Shown: positions 14,673 to 33,034, counted from the first letter of the whole stretch. The stretch is 63,359 nucleotides of DNA, filler included, from Neolecta irregularis DAH-3 (GCA_001929475.1; 7 parts of 7 records of this genome joined end to end with filler, not necessarily neighbours in it); one strand, 5' to 3'. Notes: generated from the sequence alone by a model not told the origin. Made by a program: numbers and translations.

Positions 14673-15006
14673 TAGGCAATGAAAATTTGTCGGTTTTATG
14701 ATTGTAGGCGTTTCGAGTGATCTTCGATAACAATCCGTGTTCTGATACACAGCTAAAATAAAGCCTGGTGCGCCAGTCGCGCTAATAGTCTCAACAACTA
14801 ACTCCCATTCATGCTTTTGTACTAATTTGACATATATTCACCACCTTTCTGAGCTTGTAATAACCTCAGCATTTTAACCTCAGCATTTGAACAAATGCCT
14901 AGTGCACATCCAGTCTCATCTATATTCCCCATATTCTTTAGTTATATATGATGATGTTGTTGAACATGTTGAAATTGATTGAAAAACTCTTGTAGGATCT
15001 CTAGTC

Positions 15007-15107
15007 NNNNNNNNNNNNNNNNNNNNNNNNNNNNNNNNNNNNNNNNNNNNTTAATTAATTAANNNNNNNNNNNNNNNNNNNNNNNNNNNNNNNNNNNNNN
15101 NNNNNNA
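15007..15107. other. Artificial contig-join spacer (N-TTAATTAATTAA-N); also near 23482, 32737, 41243, 56611, 62283
   Basis: Identical six-frame-stop 12-mer embedded in N runs at each gap. Confidence 0.95.
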
Positions 15108-15594
15108 GGAAAAAAAGGCCCGAACCGAGGGAACCCAGGGGTCATAGACAGCCTCTTCAGTCTTAGGAATTGATTGGTACCGTCATTGCGGAAGCAAAGC
15201 AGCGAGATTCGCTCAAATATATGTACGAGTTCATATTCCCGTTCTGCATTTGTCCAACCAAAGAAGTCTTCGAAATTTAAGAATCATCAATCTCATCACC
15301 CCTTATTCCGACAGAAACAATTATCAGAACATAAGGGACCTTCGAAATGGTGTATGTTTCGTGCCTAAAGCATGATCATATTGAGACGGGTGAATGAAGG
15401 AAAATATGTAGTGGTGGAAACTTTGACCAAAGTCTTCAGAAATGAGGATTGTGCGAATCAACTTTCCGAAAAGAACCGGGGGCAAAGATATTAGATCAGC
15501 CACATCAAATCAATGTGATCCAGTATTATCCCCAAAAAACCAGAATGGTGAAGAGCTGGTAGATACAAATGCATATACTACCTTCATATTCACA

Positions 15595-16717
15595 TTACTC
15601 AACATAGGTACTAATATAATACGTAAGAACAGCCGAATATTCATCCTCTGGTTCCGTAACGTAGACGTAGATGATTAAAGCATGGTCTAGGAAACATAAG
15701 CAAAAGTACATTCATAAGACATCCAACCTTCACAGAAACCTACCGAGTCAGTATATGCTCTATGAAAATTGCATACAGGCAATGACCCTCTTCGCAACCA
15801 CATGAACTCTCAGAAAATTCAGCCAATCTCTTGCATCAACCCTAACAGTTGCAAAAGCTCCTTTATCTCGTATCTGACTAGGATGCCTCCCCGGTTCCAG
15901 AATCTGGGCAGGATCTGTATCCTGTCAAAGATGCTTGGCTTTGAATAAACGTACCCAGCTCAGGATTTATCAAACCCTTCCATACTGTTTCGATTTTTAC
16001 ACTGTCGGATTCAGCACGAAGCTTCATTTCTCCGTTCATGTTTGCCTTGATTAATATTCTGTCGGTGAGGTTTTTGAAGCGTTCGCTTATTGCTTTCAAG
16101 CCAGAGAGTGGAGGAAGAATTATATGCACGTCTGGCTCCGGACATTGCGGTTCTCTCAATGTGGAGATATAGGATTGATTGAGTACTCTGACTGTAACAT
16201 GATGTGTTATGGTATTCGTTCCTGTTCGACCCTGATATCAGTCGTGAGTGCAAAGGATAATACAGCGACGGAGATACAAAAGGACAGTACTGCGAAGCGG
16301 TCTCGTCTAGTCAAACGAATTATTATTTCATTTGCGTTTCCAGCGGATCTGAGGGCGCGGTGAAGGTTATCTACAGGTATTTCGAGGTTGATGCAATCAT
16401 CTGCAGCGGACTGAATATGATAATCCTCGAATAAAGTTTCCTAACGCGATCAATCTCAAGCCCATAGCTGTAGTGTTACCACTCCCAGTGCCCTAGAGGA
16501 TCAGTTACGGGAAAGGAAAGGAAGCTACGCCCAAACTTGAGTTCCGGTATAATCAGGTATGATTATAAAGTGAATTGTGTCGGGTGTGAGACGAAGGAGG
16601 CACCTTTTTCCGACTCGTTCGAGAGAATGCGCTAGCTCTTGAAGGCTCAACTAGATGGAATCGAAAATAAATACTTGTGAACGTGTTTATATTGCGGACT
16701 GCCGTCTTGAATCGCAT
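15595..16717 (-). CDS. HUS1: Checkpoint clamp (9-1-1) subunit Hus1/Mec3
   Basis: MRFKTAVRNINTFT..., TQVWA, LFEDYHIQSAADDCINLEIPVDNLHRALRSA, MREPQCPEPDVHIILPPL, C-terminal VLTYYI; several short introns. Confidence 0.92.
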
Positions 16718-17080
16718 CGAAATTGGTAATTTTTAGAGGTTACGACACTTATGTTTCACTCCACCATTCAGTTACGGCCAGGGGCCAATGTGGAGCCCAG
16801 AAAACTCGGTTAGTTCATCTTATTACCATTCAATGTGAGTTGTAATGGTCGTATGTTGTCCTGTGATCATGCATAATGATAAATAGCGGGCTATCTGAAT
16901 GGTACGACCCTCTGTGTACGCGGGTTCGCTTTGGATTACTTATTTCCTCTGTATTAGAATATTAAATTAGAGAAACAACACTAAACCAGTAAATCTATGG
17001 CACGACATGGCCTCTGCAAAATGGAATCAATAAAAAACATTTTCAATTAGTGTTGGATCATTTTCATAGTGTCAAGCCGT

Positions 17081-19313
17081 TCACTTATGCTTTTTCCCTT
17101 CAATCTTAACTACTCCATCCTTTCTTCCGTCGTCTCTTAACCCGGGACTGATTCCCTTGGTCTCATCCACTTCATCAGTTTGCCCAAACTTGCATTGATC
17201 AGTATAGGATTAACGATAAGAATAATTACCTCGTTAGGTCTTGTTTTATCAACCGGGTAGAGATAACACTGATATATATAGATGAAGAAAATCACGTCAT
17301 CACGTAAGGTAGCGATTCGATGTAACGTAGGCATCTTGATTACAAAAGCAAACATGTCGTCGATAAATGTATTAAAAAATCTGAATATTAGCCAGGAATA
17401 AGAAAACAATTGCACTTATAGATCATAGTCCGCCCAGGCATATGAGCAACTGATTTGAGACGGTAATTGATATATAATGAGGGAACCATCATCAAAAAAC
17501 CCCAAGTATAGACGAAACTAAATATCAGACTGATGGGTTAGAGGAGTTTACCCGACAAGAGTTGTGATGACAAAGGAATAGTAGCCCTTGTGTTCATCAT
17601 AGAGGAATGAGTAGGCTGCATATGTAACGAGGAGTGGTGCTGCAACCCAATAGAGATATTTGAATGCAATCTAAATTCAGCAAGAACTCGATTCCAACGA
17701 GTACTTCATCGTATTCTTCAGTCTTAGCTTCAGTTTCGGAAAGAATGTGTTTATCTACGAATCGGATTCGCCATGGAATCATTCCTCGAACAGACTCAAG
17801 TTTTATGTCAACCGTTTTCGTTATTTTCCATGCTTCTAAAAGAATTCCAAATCCTGAGATATCAAAAGCTAAGACAGTGGAGAAGAATACCTTGACCACC
17901 AAGAATGATCCAACTAGTTTGTTCATTTTGATCGATTAGATACAGCAAAATAATCGTCTGCATGATGACATTGCTTAGAATAGTCCTTATAGAAATTCCT
18001 GTATTGTCTTTTTTGGTTCTCCAGTGTGCAATATCTATCCCTGTTAGCGGATACAAGGAATTACCTGCCATTTTTGAAGGCCAGAAATTCAAACAAGGAA
18101 TGTAAAATTGAAACAATGATCGTGGCCGAAAGTAGCCAAATGTTTGTTTCCAATATAACTCTTTTCATTTCTTGTACTTCAGCCATTCCGGGTGCTCCCT
18201 GAGCTTCTTGTCTCTTGAAACCTTCGTCAAAAGTCGAGAAAATTTGAAATTTCATAAATGAGAGGGGCTGTATACGGATATGTAAAGGAACATTGGACAA
18301 TGTGGAGTTTATTGGATAGAATGAGTCTTTAAGTTTCCAAAACTCATGGTGATACACTATGGGATCTCTATGTCAAATTTGAAAATGAAACAATACATAC
18401 AGTAGAATCCGATTTTCCCCGTTTCGTCGCGGCTGTTGGTTGGATGAAGATGGATATCTGGCTTATCAGGTACATCAAGATAAAAGAAGAGTACGTTGTG
18501 CAATTACCGGCGCTATATTGGCGTATGAAATTACTGATTGGTCCGCGACTATTGCGAGGGTCATATTCTCATGCCAGTACGAACCAATTTCTCCTCTTTC
18601 AATCTACTGTTAGAGTATGTCTCGAGGTCTAGGTGAATGCCTTTGTTTGTTCTTTGTCTTCGTTGCTCGAAAGCAAATTGTGTGCTTTTGAATATTTCTT
18701 CAACGGCATGTATCGATTTAATACTATTGTTCAACGTATCCTCGTCCGAGATCGTACATTTAACGACATGGAGAGTCATATCTTGTCTGTAGGTCTCATT
18801 TCGAGGGTCAGGACTTATTCCCGCACGACTTATCAAGGTATGCGCAAACAAAGTTCCGTTGTTTTGAACGCTCTGGCCCATTGAAAAGATTCCGTTGGGA
18901 CAGTACCTTTGATAAAGACAGGTTAAAGCTCTTCTCTCTTATGTCGTGCCAATCCCCAAGATGCAGTTCCTCAATCTTCCATACCACGTTTTCCTCTCTG
19001 AAATCGTTGAAATGAAGGTGTGGTGAAATATAAATTCGGAGATCCTAAAATTAGTCATAATCGAGACAATGCCAGCGACCACCAAGCTCCCAGTAGGCCA
19101 CATGGGCGAGATCGTTTCGGGTCTTTCTTGTGCCTGAGTAGTATGTGTATCTGATGCAACATATTTAACAGTTGGAGGAGTTGACTTGGGCATAAACTTG
19201 GTCGCGAGGAATTGTATTGCGAAGAAGATTAAGAGCGCATTTGAAATTTTACGGACGATTGAAGCGGTTGTAGGTCTCTGATTTGGTGCTGGATTCTGCG
19301 AATCTTGAGCCAT
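17081..19313 (-). CDS. CLPTM1-family multi-pass membrane protein
   Basis: [90 protein letters not shown]. Confidence 0.92.
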
Positions 19314-19371
19314 GATGGGGGTGTGGTATAACCGCACTGCACTATCCTCTCCACCAAACTGCCCTTTGGAA

Positions 19372-20315
19372 ATGTTTCGCAATCAATACGATAACGATAC
19401 GACAACCTGGTCTCCACAAGGGCGCCTGCACCAGGTTGAATATGCTCTCGAGGCCGTGAAGCAGGGTTCCGCAGCTGTTGGATTAATATCCAAAACCCAC
19501 TCTGTCATTGTTGCTTTAAAAGTATTTTCAAGCTATCGGCATAGGTCTTATTGGTTAGAGAAATTCCGAGGATTTGGGAAGCTACCAGAAGAAGATTATT
19601 CGAATTGACGACCATCTGGCGATTGCATTGGCTGGTTTGGCTCCTGATGCGAGAGTACTGAGGTACGTCATCCTCTAATTTCGCAAAACCAACCAATAGC
19701 AATTCAATGCGTACCCAGTCGATGTCTTCGAAGATGATTTACGACCGTCCGATTCCAATTATTCGAATTGCAGATACTCTGGCTGAGAAGGCCCAGCGGA
19801 GAACTCAGTTGTATGGACAGCGACCATACGGTGTTGGATTGCTTTTGATTGGATGCGATGTACGCTCTTTTGTATGCGACAGAAGAGAAAGTTTACTCGA
19901 TACTAGGAGACTGGGTCGCATTTATTCGAGTTCCAACCCACAGGCCAAGTGCTTGAATACCGAGCTGCTTCCATTGGAGCAAGATCCCAATCTGCACGAA
20001 CATATCTGGAAAGAAATGTCGATAGTTTTGAGAACTGTGTGTTGTGCTTTATGGATACTTTCTGAACTTGTAGCATCGCGAGAAGAACTCATACTGCATG
20101 GTCTACGTGCTCTCCGGGATACTTTACCCCAAGAAAAGGAGCTCACTTCTGCAAATACTACAATCGGGATTGTCGGAGTTGACGAGAAATTTAAGCTGAT
20201 GGATGATGAACATGTGGTCGAGTGGCTGACAACTTTAGGCGAAACAATGAACAGGAGGAAAACAGCTGTTGCTGCTCAAGATGTCCCAGCACCAGAAGCA
20301 ATGGAAACAGACTGA
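19372..20315 (+). CDS. PRE5: 20S proteasome subunit alpha-6
   Basis: [70 protein letters not shown]; 4 introns. Confidence 0.97.
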
Positions 20316-20376
20316 TGGTAGTTAACAATATACGGCATTGCGTCTCTTTTCACCAACATGGTCTTTACAACTGTTT

Positions 20377-21087
20377 TTACTGGTCGAAGTCCTTTGTTGG
20401 TGAAAGACCATTCCAGTTCAGACTATATCTGCCCTTGGGAAGTTGATAGCTCTCAATCTTCTCGAGTGCTTCTTCTGGAGATTTCGCTTCAACAAGGATT
20501 TCTCCATTGTCTTCCTATTCTGTCAGCACCAGCATCCAAAACAAGGAACATACTACGACAAACCCTTCCTTTACCGACTTTTTTAACCATGCCATGATTC
20601 CATCGTAATACCCGGCAATATTAAGGATGACAATGGGTTTCCCATGAATGCCAAGCTGGCTCCATGTAATAATCTAGATCAGTAAGCATCCCTTCTATAT
20701 GCTAATTCGCAAACAAACCTCAAACAGCTCTTCCAAAGTCCCGTACCCGCCGGGAAGTGCAATAAATGCATCAGCTTCATGTTCCATAATCTGTTTTCTC
20801 GTATGCATATCATTAACAACTGTTCTCTGTCCATACTTGTCACTGATTCCGCCCTCCACCTCAGTATCCATAATGGCCTGTGGAATAATTCCATGCACTC
20901 TCCCGCCGTGTTCGATAGTTGATTGAGCAAGCGCTCCCATTGCACCGATAGTACCTCCTCCATAAACAACGTCGTACTTTCTCTCGGATATTAACCGTCC
21001 AAGCTCTCTTGCCGCTTCTAAAAATCTGGGATCCATCCCGGGTCTGCTCCCGCAGAATACGCACACTGTTCTTGGTGATGGAGTCAT
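20377..21087 (-). CDS. LOG1: LOG-family nucleotide monophosphate phosphoribohydrolase
   Basis: VCVFCGSRPG, VYGGGTIGAMG, MHTRK, ALPGGYGTLEELFE, TWSQLGIHGKP; 2 introns. Confidence 0.93.
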
Positions 21088-22031
21088 AGCGTGGGGAAAA
21101 GCTCGAATGTCAGGTGAATACATGTCAACTGCATACATGTCAAGTGGCACTTTTGGGCACGCCAAAACGCCAAACATCAGTTTACTTAAATTCCTCGACT
21201 TCATTTCACTTTGCTCTTTCCGAACCGCTAGCTGCAACCAGAATCTTTTTGGTACCAAAGTTTTTATTGCAGATCTTTAATCAGACGGTCAATCTAGAAG
21301 CGATTTCAGACTGGGGATATGGTTTATTTTAGTTAGCAGAACCTTGTCCACTATTTCTATGTGCGGTGCGTGGGATAGACTGATACATATAGACCTATCA
21401 CAGTGAATCACGAGATTATCGTAGTTGCTAGCTATCATTTTAAGTATCTACCAAGATGGTCCTGCTGCCAAACTCGTATCACATCACCTGGGGGTCTTAC
21501 TAATGCGTTCCAAATAGAACGGTTTGACCCAGTTGCCTGTATTCGCCAAATATTTATCCAAACAGGAAGAATGGATCTTCTGGCTTTGTGATATGAAAAC
21601 ATAGCAAGATATGGACTGCTCCATTTTCCTACATGCTTTTCCCTATGCTTTGCTATCACATTTACATTAACCTCAGTATCACCGTTGCTACTTCTTGGGA
21701 AGTACCGTTGCTTTGTTCTCTTAGACGACCCCACCTCCTGAATCATGCGCCATAACAAAGGCAAGAAACGTGATCTAAAAGCGGCTCATCCCCCCCTCCC
21801 TGTCTGTTACACCCACCAGGCTAAGGGACATGGAGTTACAAAGCAGAAAACCCTGATGTTATCTCGGATTCTAGCTTAGCGCGGTTTGCACCTCTAGGCT
21901 TTGTTCAAGGTTCTTTATAGCAAGTTGTAACAAAATTCGAATGCTCTATTGATGCAGTCTCACTTCCATTGTTATGTCTGACGCTTTTCTCTGCTTTATA
22001 TAACCCTGCCATATTTTCTGGTTCCAGCTAG

Positions 22032-22463
22032 ATGACAGTCATGGCTCTGGACAAGAAATCTCTGGCTGGATCCAGTGTTCCTTCCCTTCTCAACGTCCTT
22101 CACTCTAAACTCCCCAAACTCAACCATCCGGTTTCGCGGAAAGTCACTGCGTCTATAATTCTCCCCGATCGCCGTGGGTATTTTACCTATGCGCCGAAAT
22201 CTTTCCCCAAAGTGCTTCTGGAAGCCTGGATTGGTTTCATGGTCGTTTTCAATTTACTACCCGATGAATGGAAACCTGCAGGTGTGGAAGTTTGGAATCG
22301 ATGTCTCGGAAAGATCACCAACGTTTCGCTGATAGAGTATCAACGGGAATGGACCGAGGGAGTTGTTCGGTACATGCCATTTGACAATCCTCGCAAACGA
22401 GCGCTCAAGAGAATTGCAAAGGGAGAACATGTCTGGTGTTTGCAATGCGAAACGAGAGGATAG
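22032..22463 (+). CDS. Hypothetical protein (orphan ORF)
   Basis: 143-aa ATG-initiated ORF with a TATA-like TTTATATAA upstream; no family recognised. Confidence 0.35.
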   Translation: MTVMALDKKSLAGSSVPSLLNVLHSKLPKLNHPVSRKVTASIILPDRRGYFTYAPKSFPKVLLEAWIGFMVVFNLLPDEWKPAGVEVWNRCLGKITNVSLIEYQREWTEGVVRYMPFDNPRKRALKRIAKGEHVWCLQCETRG

Positions 22464-22689
22464 GTCTCATATTGTAAGCATTTGTCAATATAATTGTCGT
22501 TCCATCCGATTGAACCTGGCAGAATGCACAGCTCCATAACATTGGCTGGAAAACATCAATGAGGCCTTATTGATGAACAATATCTGGTAGTATGTCCAAC
22601 CCTCTGGCGTGTAACACGTAGGCTGCAGTTGTAGAGCCTTGCAGACTTAGATGACTTGAATAAAAACGAGAAAACAGATTGTTAGCTTT

Positions 22690-22863
22690 CTTTGCTGGAT
22701 GAATAGAGCATTTATTCAACGGTCCTACAAGGAAACAGAAATAGCCGTGTTGGTTATAGAAACCTAGACTCTGAAGGAAAAACCAAACAAGAGACCCCTT
22801 TAAAATATCCTCCAAAAGATTACTGTATCATTTTCGTACCACAGGCGGGCGGTGGACACTCTG
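22690..22863. repeat. Dispersed repeat family A, copy 2, followed by a hAT-like terminus
   Basis: Similar to 8375-8556; ends GGCGGGCGGTGGACACTCTG, resembling the terminus at 57731-57753. Confidence 0.7.
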
Positions 22864-22904
22864 ATCTCTGGAGATCAATGGAGTTGGCACGTGAGAAATA
22901 TGAC

Positions 22905-23282
22905 TAAGGGCGCGTTTGGTGCGCGCCAAATTTCATAAAATGTGGCTTTTAAAAAATTCAAATTTTAGGCGTGCGTTTGGTACACTTCAAATTTTATAAA
23001 ATTATGGCTTTTCTTGAAATTCAAATTTTAGGCGCGCGTTTGGTGCGCACCACATTTTATAAAATGTGGCTTTTCTTAAAATTCGAATTTTAGGCCCGCG
23101 TTGGTGAGGATCCTCCCAAATTCTTCAAAAAAGAAAAACAGGTGGACGGTGGCGGTGATGGGCATGGCTGTGACAGGGAGTGCATGGGCAAGGTCGGAGT
23201 GCGTGGGCAAGGTGGGCGAGCCAAATTTTATTAAAATGGAGCGCACCAAACACGCGCCTTAAATTTGAATTTTTTAAAAGCC
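22905..23282. mobile_element. Foldback/MITE-like element made of ~60-bp tandem units plus an inverted unit
   Basis: Three full units and a partial unit of GGCGCGTTTGGTGCGC.CCAAATTT.ATAAAATGTGGCTTTT...AATTCAAATTTTA, with an inverted copy at 23220-23282. Confidence 0.7.
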
Positions 23283-23537
23283 TGTCGCGCAGATTCCGGT
23301 TGTAGAGGTTTTCAGGGGGAATTCCGATATATATCAGAATTGGTTCTTAGAGGAGAGAAGCGAAACGTTTTATCGATTCTTTGCGTGGATGGATAGAGCA
23401 TTATCCAACGCCTTACAAAAAGGCAGCTACATGACTANNNNNNNNNNNNNNNNNNNNNNNNNNNNNNNNNNNNNNNNNNNNTTAATTAATTAANNNNNNN
23501 NNNNNNNNNNNNNNNNNNNNNNNNNNNNNNNNNNNNN

Positions 23538-29750
<6,213 letters not shown>

Positions 29751-29897
29751 TCCTCTTCCCGATATTTATTCGGGCTATCCCGACGTCCAGGAGAAGCGAA
29801 TGATTTCAGTGCAAAAGGCAATGATCTGGCGATTGGCGTTGAAATTTCGAAACCTACAACTGCAACATATATATACTGAGGAACCCTCCACATTCAA

Positions 29898-30275
29898 TGT
29901 CAATCACGTGAATGTCTGAAGGCAACATACACGGATCAGGAAAACCCGCAAGCATCAATGATCCAGGCTTGTAGCATTGAAACTAGAGAATTCTAGACTT
30001 GTGAAGGAGCGCAGAACAGCAAGGGCCGCGGCTCTACACAGTCGGGTCGGTCAAAAGCATCGCCACCCAGCAAAGCAATAGGAAGGCAGGCAGGCAGGCA
30101 GATGACGGCAGCAGCCCATGTGGCGAATCTTATATAAATAGCGCCCAGACGGACTAGCTGGCTAGGCTTTCACCTGATATTCAATATATGTAGTTACTGT
30201 TACTCATATAGTATCTACGTCGGCATATCCAATCTAAGTCCACATCAGCACCCAACCCCAGGTCATGTGCTGACA
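29898..30275. mobile_element. Solo LTR
   Basis: TGTCA...TGACA inverted termini, internal TATATAAATA, and a second copy of its 3' part at 62339-62470 ending at the same TGACA. Confidence 0.7.
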
Positions 30276-30389
30276 ATCAGGTATTTAAGGGAGGCTGTGG
30301 AACAAATATATAAATAATGGGGTGAATTAGATAATAAAAGGAGAATATTCATACGCCAGTCCTATTTGTATTCTGCTCGAACGCTTACA

Positions 30390-31724
30390 ATGTTGCTCGG
30401 TCTTCTTTTCCCGCTTTTCTGTACCGCTCTAAGAGTTCCTGGCCATGTTCAGATTTCAAATGGGAATGTTGATTTTTTCCCTCGGCCAGACGCTGTACCA
30501 CTTACACTTCCGCGAATACTCAGGGATAATGAACTCATTGGACCGTCGTCTAAACTTTCGGATCGAATTGTCCAGGAGGCAATCCTTGCATGCGCAGACA
30601 TGTGTGAGAACCACGAGTTTTTTGGTGAAATATGCTTATCTTTCATGTTTGCGCCCGGGAATAAACAAGATAAATGTCAGGGTTTTGTTGGAAGGATTGG
30701 GCCAAGAATAATTCCAACTGACTCAAATATCGGCCAGCAGTCTTGGGGCTGGATCTTTAAGTTCGTGAGAGATCAAATGTGAGACTTACATATTAGTCGA
30801 AAGCTCAAAGATCCTCCAAATTGGTTCCCCGAATTTTATTCCAATGGACTAGAATACTCGCTGGCTATTTCAAGCCGAATTTTCAAATTAAGGAGCGGCA
30901 AAAATCTTAATTCGCTTATTTTTTATCTTGATCAAGAACATCAGTCATATGCCAATTCACTAATTTCTTCTTTCAAGACCAAGAATGTCTGTTACAAGGA
31001 AACAACGCTCGATTCTGGTTCAGAAGTCGCAGTATACGCTTATCTCCAAAAATTCAATCATCATCGCTACTCCAGTTTCTCTTCCTCAAATCCCCGTAGC
31101 GCGACGTGTTTGAAGATGGAAATCTCTAGTACGGTACCTGAAAATAGACGTATTGTTCAAGCATTTCAGATTGCTTCAGAAGGATTTGATCCATATTGGA
31201 TAGTCTTGGTTATCGATCCAAAATTCAAGTCAATACTGATAGTCGACGTTTCATCCAAATCACAATCGCCTCACACTTTCTGGGACAATATCAACTCGAA
31301 TTTGAAGAAGAAAGATCATCCATTTGGTTCGCAACCGAAATCTTTAAGTTTCTACTTCGATCACCCTGCTGTTTCGTCATTCCTTGATACAATGCTACAC
31401 TTTCTAAACATTCCAACAATGCTTCCAGGTATTCTATATACGGGCCTGATAGCCCCTTCAGTCCCCGAAAGGCCTGCATATGCTCTACTCGTGACACAAG
31501 CGATACTGTCGAGCAAGTCTTGGGAGGCATATTCTAGTCAATTCCCACATATCACCTGGCTGAAGCATATGCCTTCCGTCCCCACTATGTCACATTGGAA
31601 AGAGAGAATAAAATGGTTTCTGTCGCCAAACCCGATCGATACATTGAGTAATACTGGGCTAGCAAGGACTATAAAACAAAGTATGTTTTCAGATATTGAT
31701 ATTGTATTAGCTCAAGACGAATGA
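30390..31724 (+). CDS. Putative secreted protein with PAN/apple-like cysteine motif and unknown C-terminal domain
   Basis: Hydrophobic N-terminus (MLLGLLFPLFCTA); CADMC-x9-CLSFMF-x9-C; a 36-nt GT-AG intron (30761-30796) joins both track ORFs in frame. Confidence 0.65.
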
Positions 31725-31949
31725 TTGATTCGTGGATGAAGGAGTAAAAAATATGCAAACCACATGCAGCTGTTATTGTTTTTTTAGTGTTCATGCAATA
31801 CCAACCTATGAATGAAAACATCCACTTTATTTCAACCAGAACAATAAGCTACTTCCATAGTGAAAGATGATACTGTTTATCTGTAAATTTACCAGAATGA
31901 GGGATGTGGCCTTGTTCTAGGCCACTTTGTGCATTAACTTCGTGATAAG

Positions 31950-32050
31950 GTCCATCTGGTCCATGGATCAGATGGACTGGGCTTTTTCTCTAGTCCAGTC
32001 TATGGACTTTTTATGGACTAGATAAAGTCCATGGTCCATCCACAACACTG
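31950..32050 (-). mobile_element. Terminal fragment of the CAGTGTTG-type hAT-like MITE
   Basis: Reverse complement CAGTGTTGTGGATGGACCATGGAC...GACTGGACTAG.GAAAAAGCCC matches the left end of 57077-57403. Confidence 0.75.
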
Positions 32051-32353
32051 AGTAACTTTGTCTATTCAGATAGTAAGTGTAAGGGAGTTTTGGATACCGC
32101 ACATTCGTGAGCTGCTTCCCCAAAGGTCCCCCTTTGACTTTCTTGAATCGGATTTTCTGGTTGACCAGAAGGTTGTATAGCTGTGGAATGTGGATTGATT
32201 GCCATTTGCTCTCAGTTCTGCTTGCAAGATTCATCGCGGGTCACGTGACACTGTAGACCAATCATCTCGAAAGTTGTGAGTCTGTGTAGCATACTTACAG
32301 TCAGGGATCCCTGTCTTGCAAGATAGTAACATTGAACAAACTGTTTTTTCAAT

Positions 32354-32520
32354 TCACCCAATTAGTGTAGACCGCATGATTCCATATGCTGCAGCTACTG
32401 CTTTTTGGTAGGTAAATTTTCTAGATTTGAGATCTTTAATAGCAGATTGAATCATTTTCTCATGGTTATCCATTTTGAAGAGATTTATTTTGGGGGTGTC
32501 GGTTAAATCGCCACTGAGCT
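32354..32520 (-). mobile_element. Fot1/pogo-like transposon 5' fragment (TIR plus HTH remnant)
   Basis: TIR AGCTCAGTGGCGATTTAACCGACACCCCC followed by MDNHEKMIQSAIKDLKSRKFTYQKAVAAAYGIMRSTL (psq-like HTH); related copies at 41299-41755 and 61847-61905. Confidence 0.8.
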
Positions 32521-32591
32521 TTGAAGAATTGCCAAATTTTATAAAATTTGGCAATTCTTCAAATTCCAATTTTAAGGGCGCNNNNNNNNNN

Positions 32592-32692
32592 TGACTGAAT
32601 AAGCAGCCATACTTCTTACGAAGTTGTTTCTAGCATACTGAAACTTGAGGGATTCTTGATTACCATGCTTGGAGATGAAATAGCTGTGGTCA
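32592..32692 (-). other. Small gap-flanked fragment duplicating an STT4 kinase exon
   Basis: Near-identical to 23641-23739; encodes [30 protein letters not shown]. Confidence 0.85.
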
Positions 32693-33034
32693 NNNNNNNN
32701 NNNNNNNNNNNNNNNNNNNNNNNNNNNNNNNNNNNNTTAATTAATTAANNNNNNNNNNNNNNNNNNNNNNNNNNNNNNNNNNNNNNNNNNNNGACTCTGG
32801 CAAGGCCCTGGTTGAGGCGGTGGAGGGCGCGGGACTCTTCCTGCCAGCTGTGCGACTGTGCGGGGGATGTGCGGGTAGTCTCTGGTGGTAGGGGGCGGCG
32901 GCAGGGGGAGGGTTCGGTGGGCATTCTTTTGGTAGTCAAAGTTGAAGTTGAAAAAGATAGAGAAATAGGGCTACAAGTTCCCTACAGTTCATATAATAAC
33001 TTTGAAAATTTACAATAGTAAATAAACAAATGTC

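Noticed and set aside
15051..15062. Recurrent TTAATTAATTAA 12-mer
   Set aside because: Always embedded in N runs; an artificial contig spacer. Gene adjacency across these joins is not reliable.
22905..23106. CRISPR-like array
   Set aside because: Eukaryotic DNA; the units are contiguous tandem repeats without unique spacers, and there are no cas genes.
30761..30796. Single TGA separating two in-frame ORFs (readthrough or recoding?)
   Set aside because: Removed by an in-frame 36-nt GTTCGT...TAG intron.
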